From Macrostomum lignano (Eukaryota), in NCBI GenBank assembly GCA_002269645.1, contig NIVC01001568.1, forward strand, positions 186,001-250,000: a stretch of DNA of 64,000 bases, written 5' to 3'. A model generated the notes under the pieces. That model worked only from the letters and a program-made list of their open reading frames with translations, searched no databases and was not told the DNA's origin. Below, in pieces: positions 11,513 to 24,530 of the stretch (position 1 is the first letter of the stretch; every line of letters starts with the position of its first letter). The translations under genes were made by a program, and so were the position numbers.

Positions 11513-13972
11513 TTAATCCGTCATCTTCTGCAGGAACTCCATCGCCTGACTGGCATGGCTGGAGCCCAGGTCCTGTTGGAGACGGGTGGGTAATGTTATT
11601 CTTAAAGTACATTTACAACTGTCCCGTGAGCGCCTGATAAAGCATAAATACAAAGGGATTATAAGTCAGACCTATCATTCAAGCTTCACCGCTGGCGGAA
11701 CTATGACCGGACAGCTTTGCTCAAAATTGCTCAAAATTTATCATCACTTCGGAATAAAGATTTGAGACGACATGCGAGATCGGGAAGTCGAGACAAGGGA
11801 TCGGGATTCATTCTTGATAGGGATCCTGAGGTGAGATTGGGACTCTAATGTGAGAATGGGACTCTGAGGTGAGATTGGGACTCTGAGGTGAGATTGAGAT
11901 TCTGAGGTGAGATTGGGACTCTGATGTGAGAATGGGACTCTGAGGTGAGATTGAGACTCTGAGGTGAGATTGGGACTCTGAGGTGAGATTGGGACTCTGA
12001 GGTGAGATTGAGATTCTGAGGTGAGATTGGGACTCTGAGGTGAGATTGAGACTCTGAGGTGAGATTGGGACTCTGAGGTGAGATTGGGACTCTGAGGTGA
12101 GATTGAGATTCTGACGTCAGATTTGGATTCTGAGGTGAGATTTGGATTCTGAGGGGAGATTGGGCTTCTGAGGGAAGATTGGGACTCTAAGGTTAGATTG
12201 GGATTCTGAGGTGAGATTGGGACTCTGAGGTGAGATTGAGATTGAGATTCTGAGGTGAGATTTAGATTCTGAGGGGAGATTGGGATTCTGATGGGAGATT
12301 GGGACTCTGAGATGAGATTGGGACTCTAAGGTGAGATTGAGATTCTGAGGTGAGATTAAGATTCTGAGGTGAGATTGGGACTCTAAGGTGAGATTGAGAT
12401 TCTGAGGTGAGATTTAGATTCTGAGGGGAGATTGGGATTCTGATGGGAGATTGGGACTCTGAGGTGAGATTGGGACTCTGAGATGAGATTGGGACTCTAA
12501 GGTGAGATTGAGATTCTGAGGTGAGATCGAGATTCTGAGGTGAGATTGGGACTCTAAGGTGAGATTGAGATTCTGAGGTGAGATTTAGATTCTGAGGGGA
12601 GATTGGGATTCTGAGGGGAGATTGGGATTCTGATGGGAGATTGGGACTCTGAGGTGAGATTGGGACTCTAAGGTGAGATTGAGATTCTGAGGTGAGATTG
12701 AGATTCTGAGGTGAGATTGGGACTCTAAGGTGAGATTGAGATTCTGAGGTGAGATTTAGATTCTGAGGGGAGATTGGGATTCTGATGGGAGATTGGGACT
12801 CTGAGGTGAGATTGAGATTCTGAGGTGAGATTGGGACTCTGAGGTGAGATTGAGATTCTGAGGTGAGATTTAGATTCTGAGGGGAGTTTGGGATTCTGAT
12901 GGGAGATTGGGACTCTGAGGTGAGATTGGGACTCTGAGATGAGATTGGGACTCTAAGGTGAGATTGAGATTCTGAGGTGAGATTGAGATTCTGAGGTGAG
13001 ATTGGGACTCTAAGGTAAGATTGAGATTCTGAGGTGAGATTTAGATTCTGAGGGGAGATTGGGATTCTGATGGGAGATTGGGACTCTGAGGTGAGATTGG
13101 GACTCTGAGGTGAGATTGGGACTCTGAGATGAGATTGGGACTCTAAGGTGAGATTGAGATTCTGAGGTGAGATTGAGATTCTGAGGTGAGATTGGGACTC
13201 TAAGGTGAGATTGAGATTCTGAGGTGAGATTTAGATTCTGAGGGGAGATTGGGATTCTGATGGGAGATTGGGACTCTGAGGTGAGATTGGGACTCTGAGG
13301 TGAGATTGGGACTCTGAGATGAGATTGGGACTCTAAGGTGAGATTGAGATTCTGAGGTGAGATTGAGATTCTGAGGTGAGATTTAGATTCTGAGGTGAGA
13401 TTGGGACTCTGGTTGAGATTGCTATCGTGGAGTGAGATTGGGTTTCTGATGTGTGATTGGGATTCTGGCATCTTGATGGGGATTCTGAGGTGAGATTGGG
13501 ATTCTGACATTCTTGATGGGTATTGAAGTAAAGTGAGACTGGGATAGTTAGATAGAAATCTAAGAGATTCCGGCTTGGGAATCTAATAGCTGAGATGCAG
13601 AATCGCAGAGTTACATTCCAGCCTCACCTTGACAACCACGCAGGAGCACTTGACAACTTTGCGCGGCTTGCCCTCTTTGTCAATCTTGCACAGGCCGGCC
13701 CACTCGCCCAGCTGCTTGGCCTGGTCCACCCGCACCAGCCGGACGCCGTGCTCGGAGCAGAGCGCCTCCACCAGCTTGCTGTAAGCGGCCTCGTCGCAGT
13801 CGTTGGCCAGAATGCACAGCAGGGCGTTGCGCTTCTCCAACGCTTTGGTGGCCTCGTGGAGGCCGCGCGACAAACCGTCGTGCGCCATGGAAGTTTTGAG
13901 CACCTCCTGAACGGCTGTCTCCAAGGTGAGCTCGCCGCCAGCAGCGGCATCAACATCGCCAGCGTCGCTCAT
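11513..13972 (-). CDS. RPS12: 40S ribosomal protein eS12; 2 exons: 13972-13628 and 11572-11513
   Basis: [79 protein letters not shown]|DLG... is the eS12 signature; phase-0 intron AAG|GTGAGG...CAG|GAC. Confidence 0.97.
11820..13510. repeat. Long minisatellite, 19 bp unit (GAGATTGGGACTCTGAGGT), in the RPS12 intron
   Basis: Direct tandem copies with higher-order blocks. Confidence 0.97.
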
Positions 13973-14432
13973 TATTATTGGACTTTGAGTGGATTGATGA
14001 GCAGGCCTGCGCCTCCCGGCTGCAATTATGCGTTTATTAATCAATCTAGTGTAGGGGTGTCCGCGCAATGTTTATTTTCAATCTCCTCTATCAATTTCTT
14101 AGCCAGGAGTTGTGTACCGTCTTGGGAAACTTTCTACTTGTAATCGAATGGTGCAAGTTTCATAAAGATTGGTTGAGCAGTTTTTTTCTAAAATAAATCA
14201 CACAAATAGAAACAAATAGTAAACAACTCATTTTTAGTATATAGGAAGGAAATAAAACTAGCAATCTGCGCCCCCATTGTGGGGCAACAAAGAATAAAAT
14301 ATATATTTTTTAATAAACTATTAATAGCTTTTAACCTTGTACAGTTAACACTGCTAGTTTCTTATGAAAACATGATGTTTAAAGCAAACAAGCATCAGCC
14401 CTGAAAACCAGCTATCTAGCCTAAGATATCAG

Positions 14433-15394
14433 CAGTGATGGGCACCACTAAATTTATTGTTAGCGCCACTAATTAGCGCTGTCACAAACTGATAGAAGAA
14501 AAAAATCAGCGATTGCTAATAGCAAGCGCTATTTCTACTTTGAATTTAGCGCAATCAGAGCCACTAATAGTAAATTTGCTAATTAATGAATACATTTAAT
14601 ATAAACTTCTGTTTCACACATATTTATGCATTTTTTCACATTTTTAACTCACATGTTGTAAATGAAAAAAGCTAATAAAGCTATTGCTAATAATTTGTTT
14701 TTATTGTCAATCCTGATAAAAAATCCTCAAACCACTGAACTGTCAGAGCAATAGTTGGTAGAAAGAGTTCCTAAATTACAATGCTGTTTGCCTTGAAAAC
14801 ATCAAGGGCCTGTGCTACTGGAGCTTACACTCAAGAAGGAACCTTATACTCAAGAAGGAAAGCGAGATCATCAGCTTGAAACAGTGGTACAGGATTTATT
14901 AACCCCACCATCACCCTAATGATATAGCCTGTCATTTTGCATCATCACTTAGAATATCAACTGAGTTGAATGTTGAATTCTTTGATTAAATTATTAAATT
15001 AAATTAAATTAATCAACAACTTTTTGCTAACAAATTAAAAGTAGTAAGAAAACTTTTAAAACTTAATGACAAAAACAAGATTAATTGAACTATGAACTTT
15101 GTTCTTTGAACTTCTAAGAAAATTAGAAACATTAGAGATTTAGTATAGGAAGATTATATAATATTTTACTTATTACTCAAATAGGGTCTCATTTTAAGTA
15201 TTAAGCAGTCATTAACTGTCTAGTTTTATAGCAAAAAATGAATTTAGCGCAATTAGCGATTTTCAGAAAATATTAGTGGCACTTTGATAGCACACACTAA
15301 TTGGAATTTCAATTTAGCGGAATTAGCAGTGCTAACAAAACATTAGTGGCACTTTAGCAGAATTCAAATTTAGTGGTGCTAGTGCCCATCACTT
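14433..15394. mobile_element. Non-autonomous hAT-type MITE (962 bp)
   Basis: Inverted termini CAGTGATGGGCAC...GTGCCCATCACTT with inner ACCACTAAATTT / AAATTTAGTGGT; 8-bp TSD GATATCAG / GATATTAG; repeated subterminal TTAGCG motifs. Confidence 0.8.
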
Positions 15395-15821
15395 GATATT
15401 AGCATCTAATTTAAACCCTATAATGCTAAAAAAACTTATTGCACATACATATGCTAAATACGGAAATACAATAAAAACACTAAATTAATGAACTGAGAAA
15501 AATATAAAATAAAACATAAAACAATAAAGACCTGAATTTGTATAGCCATGATTTCCAATACAGGATCCTACACTAATCTGAGGCTATTTGGATTTTGGAG
15601 CTTTAGCAGGTTTAAATTTAATTTTTTAAATCAACAAGAAGCACTTAAACAAATAAAGTTAAAGATTTTGTGAATGCTAGGATAGTGGACTCAGTATATT
15701 TGTTGTTAAACTTTACTTGCAAAGAATCTATTTATACCATATTAGTTTTGCTTTCATATTATCTTTTATGCAATATACTTATATCTAGACAACTCTTTGC
15801 AACATTTTAGTGCTTAGTTGA

Positions 15822-16110
15822 CATACATGCGCAACAGTCGGCCGAGTTGGCCGACTGATTTGGTGGCCAACCAAGGAAGTCACAAAAATACCCACCCAAA
15901 AAATTACCAAAGTAGTAGTACTAAGTAGCTGATGAGGCATTTTGGCTTAATAAGACAGTCATAGTTACTCCTGCTGTTTACCCAAAGTTGCGTTAATTTT
16001 GCTTTAGGGTTTTTTTACATGTAAGTTGCATTTTTGGCCAAAAACTACGTCGCATTTTTGTTAAAACTAAGTCGCATGGCCGACCGAATTTTGGAGGTTG
16101 CGCATGTATA
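15822..16110. mobile_element. MITE (289 bp) with 8-bp TSD (hAT or P superfamily)
   Basis: Termini CATACATGCGCAAC...GTTGCGCATGTATA; exact TSD TTAGTTGA at 15814-15821 and 16111-16118. Confidence 0.8.
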
Positions 16111-16891
16111 TTAGTTGATCAGTTTTGTAACAAATTCATTTGTATCATATTATCAGGATTGACCAAGCTAGCCAAGTATTTTACATATATGCCTAGCCTT
16201 GCTACCCAATTTTTATTAACTTCCTTAGTTGTTTTAGCCTAAATCTGCCTTATAAATTTCAGTGGCTAATGTACATTATGGCAAAACTAATAAGCAAGCT
16301 TTTTACAACTATAAGCTTGGCTTTTTAACTTATCAAAGTTATCTCAGGTGCCTTTATTCTTATAAAATAGCTTATATACTCTTCACAACTTATTGAACTA
16401 AAAATAGAAAGCTGTTTTGTTAAGTCTATGCCTATGTTACTACTGAGTGGCTCATTTAGTTATTTTAGCATCTGTGGGCCTAAGTAAAAAGTTGGCAATC
16501 TCCTAGTTTATTGTGTTGAATAAATTTTTAAGTTTTTCCTAAATTGTTTAGCTAATTAGCCAACTCTGTAATGGTTAAAAGGCCTAGAGCACTAACTACC
16601 ATAATCTTTAAAGCTAACTGCCAAGCTTATCAATATCAATATCAACCTATAGGAGCCCACACTACTGATAGCCAACAATATGAGCTATTCACTAGTTGGC
16701 CATGTATACTAATATGGCTATATAGGGATAGAATATGGCATGAACAAGGACATGATGGATGATGGTTCTTATCCTAAACTGCAATAAATAGATGTTGCTA
16801 CCTATTATCTAGCAGTATGTCTTTCAATGGCCTTGTTCTTCAATCAATGGCAGGTATAAAAAGGCCTACAATGGCCTGCCAAATAGTATCT

Positions 16892-17528
16892 ACATTTTGG
16901 TACCCAGTATTTTGGTGCCCTAGTTTGCTTTTTGTTGCCTAAATTATAGGCCTCAATTAGAATTAGAAACAAAATAGAAATTTAGCCCTAAATTATTGCT
17001 TGATTGTTTGATAATTGCTTTGCAATCAAAAATAAAATCATTGCTTCTCATTTTGTTGAGCTAATCTATTTTTTTATTTTTTGAAAGTTTTTTTTCATAA
17101 AATTTTTGTCCTAATTTGTCAAAAAATCATAACATAATTACATGTTAGATGTTACTTAAGAAAACAAATCAATATTAAAAGAGATTTGTCACATTTCATA
17201 ACTTTGATCAAAACTATATCTATAATATTATGTATAATGTAGCATCATTAGTAGTTAGTTATATTATGTTACCTAAATCTTCTTAGCACATATTTAAAGT
17301 GCAGCCTTGTATGCATAGATAAATAGCAAATGCAATTAGGCCTAAACATTAATGGATATTTCAAAATCAAAGAAACATGTCAGTTCAACAAAATGGATAC
17401 TGCTTTTAATCATTAAGAAAAAATTTTTGTAGAAAATTTATTAGAATGTTAGAAGACTATTTTATTATTTAGATATCATAAACTTCATAAACTAAGGCAC
17501 CAAAAAGCAATCTGGGGTACCAAAATGT
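16892..17528. mobile_element. Degenerate inverted-repeat element (probable MITE)
   Basis: ACATTTTGGTACCCAG..TTTTGGTGCCCTAG is mirrored by CTAAGGCACCAAAA..CTGGGGTACCAAAATGT. No TSD seen. Confidence 0.45.
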
Positions 17529-17782
17529 CAGGAACCAAAAAGCATGGAAACCTGCTAAATGCTCAAACCATGCCACCATGAACTAGAAACTATAGCCTAT
17601 ATTTTGTGGACCCAAATGACCTAACAATCTACACTAACACTTAGAGGTCTTAGGCTCATATCAAGGAAAAGTTTAGGGCCATGCATGGCACCTTAGATGT
17701 TCTCTTTGAGCGCCACCTCAACAAATATCTACGGCTTTGTCTGTTTCTAGAAGAGGTCTTCAAAAACTTCTTGTACCCAGTA

Positions 17783-18328
17783 GGAATCCAGTCCATTTCG
17801 GCGACAAACCATTTCAGTGACACCCATTTCGGCGACAGGTCAATTCAGCAACAACCATTTTGGCAACAATTCTTAAATAGGATTTTGAATGTTTTTTATC
17901 TCATAGAACTTTATCTTATCTCATATCTCATAGTCCTCTACAAGCTTTTTTCTTGTCATTTCTTAAAACATTAATTTCTTATTAGGCCCCCCTATAATTC
18001 ATTTGTTTTACTGTACTTTTGGTATCTAAACTAAATGTCCATCAGTGTCCAGGTTTTATAGGCCTACTGTCTAAAGTGTTGATTAGGTTTTATATTAAAA
18101 ATTTTAACATAGTTTTAACAAAGCTTTTAAAGTTTAATGTAAAGTTTTACACTATAATTTGTTTTAACAACATTTAAACAAAGGGTGTTAATTTGTATAA
18201 GTTCTGAAATTTTTTGTTGCTATGAGATAAAAAAACATTAAAAGTCCTATTTAAGAATTGTCGCCAAATTGACCTGTCACTAAAATGGGTGTCGCCAAAA
18301 TGGTTTGTTGCCAAAATGGACAGGTACC
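17783..18328. mobile_element. MITE (546 bp) with ~90-100 bp internally repetitive TIRs and GG...CC ends
   Basis: Left GTCCATTTCGGCGACAAACC...AATTCTTAAATAGGA is the reverse complement of right TCCTATTTAAGAATT...GCCAAAATGGAC; 4-bp flanking repeat AGTA. Confidence 0.8.
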
Positions 18329-20387
18329 AGTAGCTCACTATTTTTATTATTAATTGATTTAACACTTACCCGACACTTATAATATGCCTGCTGCTACTCA
18401 TATTCCACCTGGTATGACCATCTCTGTGTGAAAAAAAACTGAAAAAATTAACATAGCAAACTAGGAGATAGACAAAAAGTTAGGCCTATGGCTATATCAA
18501 AATAGCCTAGTAGGCCTAAAGTAAAAAACATTTTTGCAAAAATGATCACAGTGACAGTGTCTAGTAAGAAAAATGCAACAGAAAAAAATTAAGATACAAA
18601 ATTATTAATTGTTCCCTCCCTTTTTAATTTTGTTTTCGTTTTTGTTGGTGGCAATTTTTGTGGCTATTCAACTTTTGCTCTTTGGCTTTGGCTCTTAGTC
18701 TAGAGCAAACTAATAATCCATATTAGATCATAATCCATATTAAGCTTAAGCTTAATAGGCCTAACTGTCACTGACAACCACAGATTTAGTTAGTTGTAGG
18801 TTTATGATATGTTGTAGCATCTTATCAGTAATGTTGAAACTAACCACGCGCACGTCGACTGGTAATTATGTAAACGTAACTATTTAATTTAACAAGTCTA
18901 TCCTCAGCTCAAGATATAATTTTTGTACGTGCGATCCGATGATGGTCAGCATTTTGCTTTTTTTAAAAATTTAATCAATTTAACAAAATAAATGTTTGGC
19001 TCTCTTAATTTAAAAAAAAAATGTACTTAACTAGATTTTTTGAAAGAGAAATTAATTAAATAAATTATTCACAGTTGTTTTTATATTAACTAATTACCAA
19101 TTGCCGATTACATTTATTCATTTTTTAATTGAACCACCACAAATGCCTACCTAAAGCTTTGCTTTAAATGCCCTTTTTCTGGTTACTTCTTTTTTAAAAA
19201 TATATTTTATTTTTAAATGCCTAATATTGCCAGCAATCCTTATATACTGGTATATTATTTATTATTGATAGGTTAATATACTTGAACTACCTATTTGAAT
19301 CATGTTTTGAATGAATCGCTTTCTATCAAGTTCATACAGTACCTGTCATACAGTATCCCTACTTAATACCTTGTCATTTGTTGTTAGTCGTTGTTAGTCG
19401 TTAAAGTTCGATAATACCGTTAAAAAAATTTACAGATGCGTTTTCAATCATAGTTTTTTTACAAATTATTACATGTAAATACACTGCCTTTTATTGGCCA
19501 AACAGGCTCCCAGCCTGAGCCTAACTTACCAACTTACTTACACGCGTTTCAGGTTTACTGATGTAAACTTTTAATACTTTTTCGCAATTCGAAAATCAGC
19601 GGTTCCACGCACGCGTGCCGGGTATTCTGATGTTACATGTATATCCAATAAAAAAGTGTGCAGGTGGTCCCTACATGTAAATAATTTATGCGAATGATGC
19701 TAAAAAATATCCTAGCTAATTTTTTTTACACTAATTCACGACGGACGACAGCCTACAGTTTCGTGAGGCAGATTTAAGTCTTTGCACAGTCTACGGTGAC
19801 AGTGTGCACCATTGCTTGTGCACCAGTCCATCTTATAAGAAATCATTATGTTAAGCATGCAAATTAAGAGCCAGACTGGCGCTTTGGCGCGGTCACAGGC
19901 AGTTAAGCGGCTAAAGTAAGCTAAATATTAGTCTAACGATCTCCGAAAGTGATCGCAATGCATCTACATCATCGCTATCCGTCGACGCGTTAACACATTT
20001 AGTGCCAAAAGCGTGCAGTTATGTGTACTTTTACATGTACTTCTGGGAATTTGGTAATGAAATAGTACATTTAGTAGTGTATGAAGGCTCGCCAGCGCAA
20101 GAACCCTCTGCAAAAGTCCTCTCTGTCCCTGCATGGCCAATGCGACCTTAGCCCCAGTCCCTAAAGCAAGTTGAAGCAAGTTGAAGCAACATGTTTTGTA
20201 AGTTATATCAAAATAAGAGCTTTGTATCTGCTTCCAATAAAAAGCTATCACACCATTTTAAATTGAAAAAAGTGAAAAGTTCCTATCTCGCTAGTGCATT
20301 TTTCCGTGAAAATCAGCCTTTAATAAATTTTCCAAGAAACGAAGTGTCCCGTCCTTCTTCTTCTAGTGGTCCTTGATTTCAAAGAGC

Positions 20388-21472
20388 AGGACGATTAGCA
20401 AAAGTTCAAATGCCATAGACAAATGTACAGCATTGAAAAATCACTTATGGCACACACAAGCGAAATAGCTGGAGCAGGCTTTAACCACTCTTCAACTCTT
20501 GTTATAATACGTCGATCTTGACGAAATTGATTTGCCGTTCGACCAATTATTTATGGATATGGAGTCAGCTCATGCGACAAGAGTCAATAGCTATGACACA
20601 CCCTGCGAGACCGCTTGGTAATAAAACTGACGGCTGAAGATCTACAACGACATCTGGACGACACCTGGAAGGCTTGACTAATGGCTGAGAATCCTCAGTG
20701 ATGGCGCTGCCCCTAGAACTGATTCGTCTTGTTGTCTCCAGCTCTCAACAGATTGACGTTCGCGTTGAACCTCTTGGATCGACAGGTCAGGATACTGTAC
20801 CACCTGCTGAAAAAAACAAAAGGTTCTATCGAGGTGGAGATTGCATGACGGTGAGAGGGTTGTAAGGTTTTTTTAAGTGATTGTAGTAAAAAATTCAATG
20901 AACTTTGTTTGAAGCTAATTGATCAAACTGTTATTTGCTTTATCTTGTTTATTTGCTATTTTGTACTAAATATATTTGCCATCGTGAAGACACTTTTGTT
21001 TTACGTTTTTACGGCCCAGTGCATGTATCAAGGTACCAATGTACCTAAAATCACAAAAATGCATGACACAGCTCCAATATTTGGTTTTATGAATCTATTT
21101 TATCATCTCTGTTACGAATATTTGCTACACAGTCAGTTAAGAATGAAAAAATAGATTCATAAAACCAAAGAGCCGAGCCGTGGCATTCTAATGTATTTCA
21201 AGCACAAGACACGTGAAAATATACGTAGAATAAAAAATTAACATAGAATCCTAATTTTCTGAACGAAAAGCTTTATAAATATCGATAGAGCAATAAAAAA
21301 GGGACAGCATATCAAAAGATAAACACTGGATCTGCTTCCTATCAAAAGTAATAGCAATTTTTGTGCTGAAAAAATGAAAATTTCCCATCTCCGTAGTGTA
21401 TTTTTCGGGAAAAAGTGCCTTCAAAAATTTTCTAAGAAACGAGGTTTCCCGTCCTTTTACTTAAGTCGTCCT
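20388..21472. mobile_element. Probable non-autonomous DNA transposon with AGGACGA...TCGTCCT termini
   Basis: Imperfect TIR. Its right ~100 bp resemble 20270-20373 and, inverted, 31325-31380. No TSD seen. Confidence 0.4.
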
Positions 21473-21484
21473 TGGCATGTATAA

Positions 21485-21722
21485 CAACAAGCCCATTATC
21501 TAAATAATGGTCCTGACAGCAAGCCCATTTTCTAGTTAATGTTCCAGTGATGCTTGAGTGTGGCCATGACAAGCCCATTTTCTAGTTAATGGTCCAGCGA
21601 TACTTGAGTGTGGCCATAGACAAGTCCATTTAGTTAATGGTCCAGTGATACTTGAGTGTGGCCATAGACAAGCCATTTAGTTAATGGTCCAGTGATACTT
21701 GAGTGTGGCCATAGACAAGCCC
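21485..21722. repeat. Tandem repeat, ~45-52 bp unit (TAGTTAATGGTCCAGTGATACTTGAGTGTGGCCATAGACAAG)
   Basis: Direct copies. Confidence 0.88.
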
Positions 21723-22385
21723 ATTCCCGAAAAATAGGCGGACGTACCATATTACAAGCTTTTGGCGTAAGTGGAGTTTACTTACGAAGAAACGTGCAAT
21801 TTTGGTTTTGAAATAACTGTTGAAGGGCATTTTTAATGAGTAGTGTGCGATGCCCTTTTGAAATTTTGGTAACAATTTTTCCATGATAACTACGAGAGGG
21901 TACATGTACACACCTGCAAAATTGCTTGAGAATTCCGAAAAACACCCACGTAAAATGCCTCGAGATTACACTACTACATTTCAATACATTTTGAATTGTT
22001 CCAATCCTACGGCGCAAATGCAAATAATTCGTTTAAATAATTCCACACGAGTGCTAGGTAGTAGTTTCCTCGACGCTTCAAAAAATTGCTTCCCTAGCTG
22101 AAAATCGTCGTCGATCGTTGAAACTTTTGAGTGGAAGAGAATTGTTTGCATGGTTTTAATGGTTGCTGTCAAATACATGTTTGCATATCTAGCTGTAGAA
22201 AGATGGGAGCGGCAATGTATATATGGTAGAAGCGGATGATGCTGCAAAAAACGAAGTACAGTATACCACACGAATTCGGAATACTGCTAAAATATATACT
22301 GTCATACTGAGGAGTACGCTCGTATACGGCGACTGTAGAATTCACCCTGCTAAAGTTAGACAGAAGCTTTAATTATTGAGTCACA

Positions 22386-23129
22386 ATGTCCAAGAAGGCC
22401 TTCGCTGTGCTTTTTCTAATCCTACATGCATCAGCGAATTCCACTGCTAGGCTGCAGCAGTATCAGGGTGTGCAGAATGGCAGCCTCTGCATCAATGCCC
22501 GATTCGTCGAAGTTCATCCAGATGAAAGTGGCGAAATTGGCTGCGCTGCGATTTGCAGCTCCGTGCCCCGCTGTCAGGCCTTCACCACTGCCGACGGGCC
22601 GTGCCAGCTGTTCGTGTTCGACAAGTGCAGCAGGTCGGTGCGGGACTGCAGCTGCGTCAAGAGAGGCCGCCTGTTTGTGAAGCGGCAGCCGGGACTCACG
22701 GCGGGCACGCTGTGCCCCACCGGCTACGGTGACGAGCGGTGCGGAGTGAAGTACAGAATGCTGATGGGTTCCGGCGTGTGGACCGCGCAGAGAAAGGTAT
22801 GCGAGTTCGACGGTGAGCTGACCACGATGGCCGACGTGATCGACAGCGCGGAGATGAGCCACGTGAACTACCTATTCGCTAAGCACGGATCGAGGGGATT
22901 TTACCTTGGCGGCTGGCAGGTGCCAGGCAGCGACGAGCCGGCAGGCGGATGGGTCTGGGCCGGCTGCAACACCACTATCGACGGCACTCTTTGGGTCCCC
23001 GGCGAGCCCAACAACGGAGTGGCTAACGAGAACGCCATCATGCGCGTTGTGCCTTACTCTAAGCTGGTCGACGTCACAGGTTTCCTCGTCAGGAGAGCTC
23101 TGTGCGAATGCGTGTCTCCATTCGATTGA
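22386..23129 (+). CDS. Secreted PAN/Apple-like plus C-type lectin domain protein, single exon (247 aa)
   Basis: Hydrophobic N-terminus MSKKAFAVLFLILHASA; PAN-like CAAICSSVPRCQAF..CQLF; CTLD elements WTAQRKVC, FYLGG, WVWAG, WVPGEPNN and ALCEC; coding-like GC content. Confidence 0.85.
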   Translation: MSKKAFAVLFLILHASANSTARLQQYQGVQNGSLCINARFVEVHPDESGEIGCAAICSSVPRCQAFTTADGPCQLFVFDKCSRSVRDCSCVKRGRLFVKRQPGLTAGTLCPTGYGDERCGVKYRMLMGSGVWTAQRKVCEFDGELTTMADVIDSAEMSHVNYLFAKHGSRGFYLGGWQVPGSDEPAGGWVWAGCNTTIDGTLWVPGEPNNGVANENAIMRVVPYSKLVDVTGFLVRRALCECVSPFD

Positions 23130-23519
23130 CTTGGAGCGGTCTCTGTGCTGGAAAAAACAGAACTTTAAAACGCATAGTTTGCAGATTGATTGATGCGACG
23201 TCTTGCTAAATGCTGCCGTATAAGCGGTCATATTTTACAGCAGCCTCTTAATTATTAAGCAAGAAAGACCAATACTGAAAATTAAAATGTGAAGGACACT
23301 ACTTTAAGTACAATGGCATTCGACTCTAATATTTTTAACGGATTTTTACACCAGTCACCGTTCCTGCAGTCTGTTTCCACACCAGAATTGGCCCTGCAGT
23401 CGGCGACTCCAGCTGGCAGCCTTTCAGTTCATCCGTGCCAAGTCGTACTGCGCTTTCAGGCGGTTTCAAAAGGTGCCGCTGTGGCTGACGCTAACGTTTC
23501 GTCGACTGCCCGCCCTCGA

Positions 23520-24530
23520 TTCTGTCACCCCAGAGTGCCCGCCCCTGAGTCTGTCACCCCAAGACTGGCCGCCCCTGAGTCTGTCACCCCAGAGTGCCCG
23601 CCCCTGAGTCTGTCACCCCAGACTGGCCGCCCATGGGTCTGTCACCCCAGACTGGCCGCCCCTGAATCTGTCACCCCAGAGTGCCCGCCTCTGAGTCTGT
23701 CACCCCAAGACTGGCCGCCCCTGAGTCTGTCACCCCAGAGTGCCCGCCCATGGGTCTGTCACCCCAGACTGGCCGCCCCTGAATCTGTCACCCCAGAGTG
23801 CCCGCCTCTGAGTCTGTCACCCCAAGACTGGCCGCCCCTGAGTCTGTCGCCCCAGACTGCCCGCCCCTGAGTCTGTCACTCCAAGACTGGCCGCCCCTGA
23901 GCCTGTCACCCCAGAGTGCCCGCCCCTGAGTCTGTCACCCCAAGACTGCCCGCCCCTGAGTCTGTCGCCCCAGAGTGCCCGCCTCTGAGTCTGTCACCCC
24001 AAGACTGGCCGCCCCTGAGTCTGTCGCCCCAGACTGCCCGCCCCTGAGTCTGTCACCCCAGACTGCCCGCCCATGGGTCTGTCACCCCAGACTGCCCGCC
24101 CATGGGTCTGTCACCCCAGACTTCCCGCCCATGAGTCTGTCACCCCAGAGTGCCCGCCCCTAAGTCTGTCACCCCAGACTGCCCGCCCATGGGTCTGTCA
24201 CCCCAGACTGCCCGCCCATGGGTCTGTCACCCCAGACTTCCCGCCCATGAGTCTGTCACCCCAGAGTGCCCGCCCCTAAGTCTGTCACCCCAGACTTCCC
24301 GCCCCTGAGTCTGTCACCCCAGACTGTCCACCCCTGAGTCTGTCACCCCAGACTGTCCACCCCTGAGTCTGTCACCCCAGACTTCCCGCCCCTGAGTCTG
24401 TCACCCCAGACTGTCCACCCCTGAGTCTGTCACCCCAGACTGTCCACCCCTGAGTCTGTCACCCCAGACTGTCCACCCCTGAGTCTGTGACCCCAGACTG
24501 TCCACCTCTGAGTCTGTCATCCCAGACTGT
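23520..24530. repeat. Minisatellite, 24-25 bp unit (CTGAGTCTGTCACCCCAGACTGCCCGCCC-like)
   Basis: Direct tandem copies; explains ORFs 23289-24279. Confidence 0.97.
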
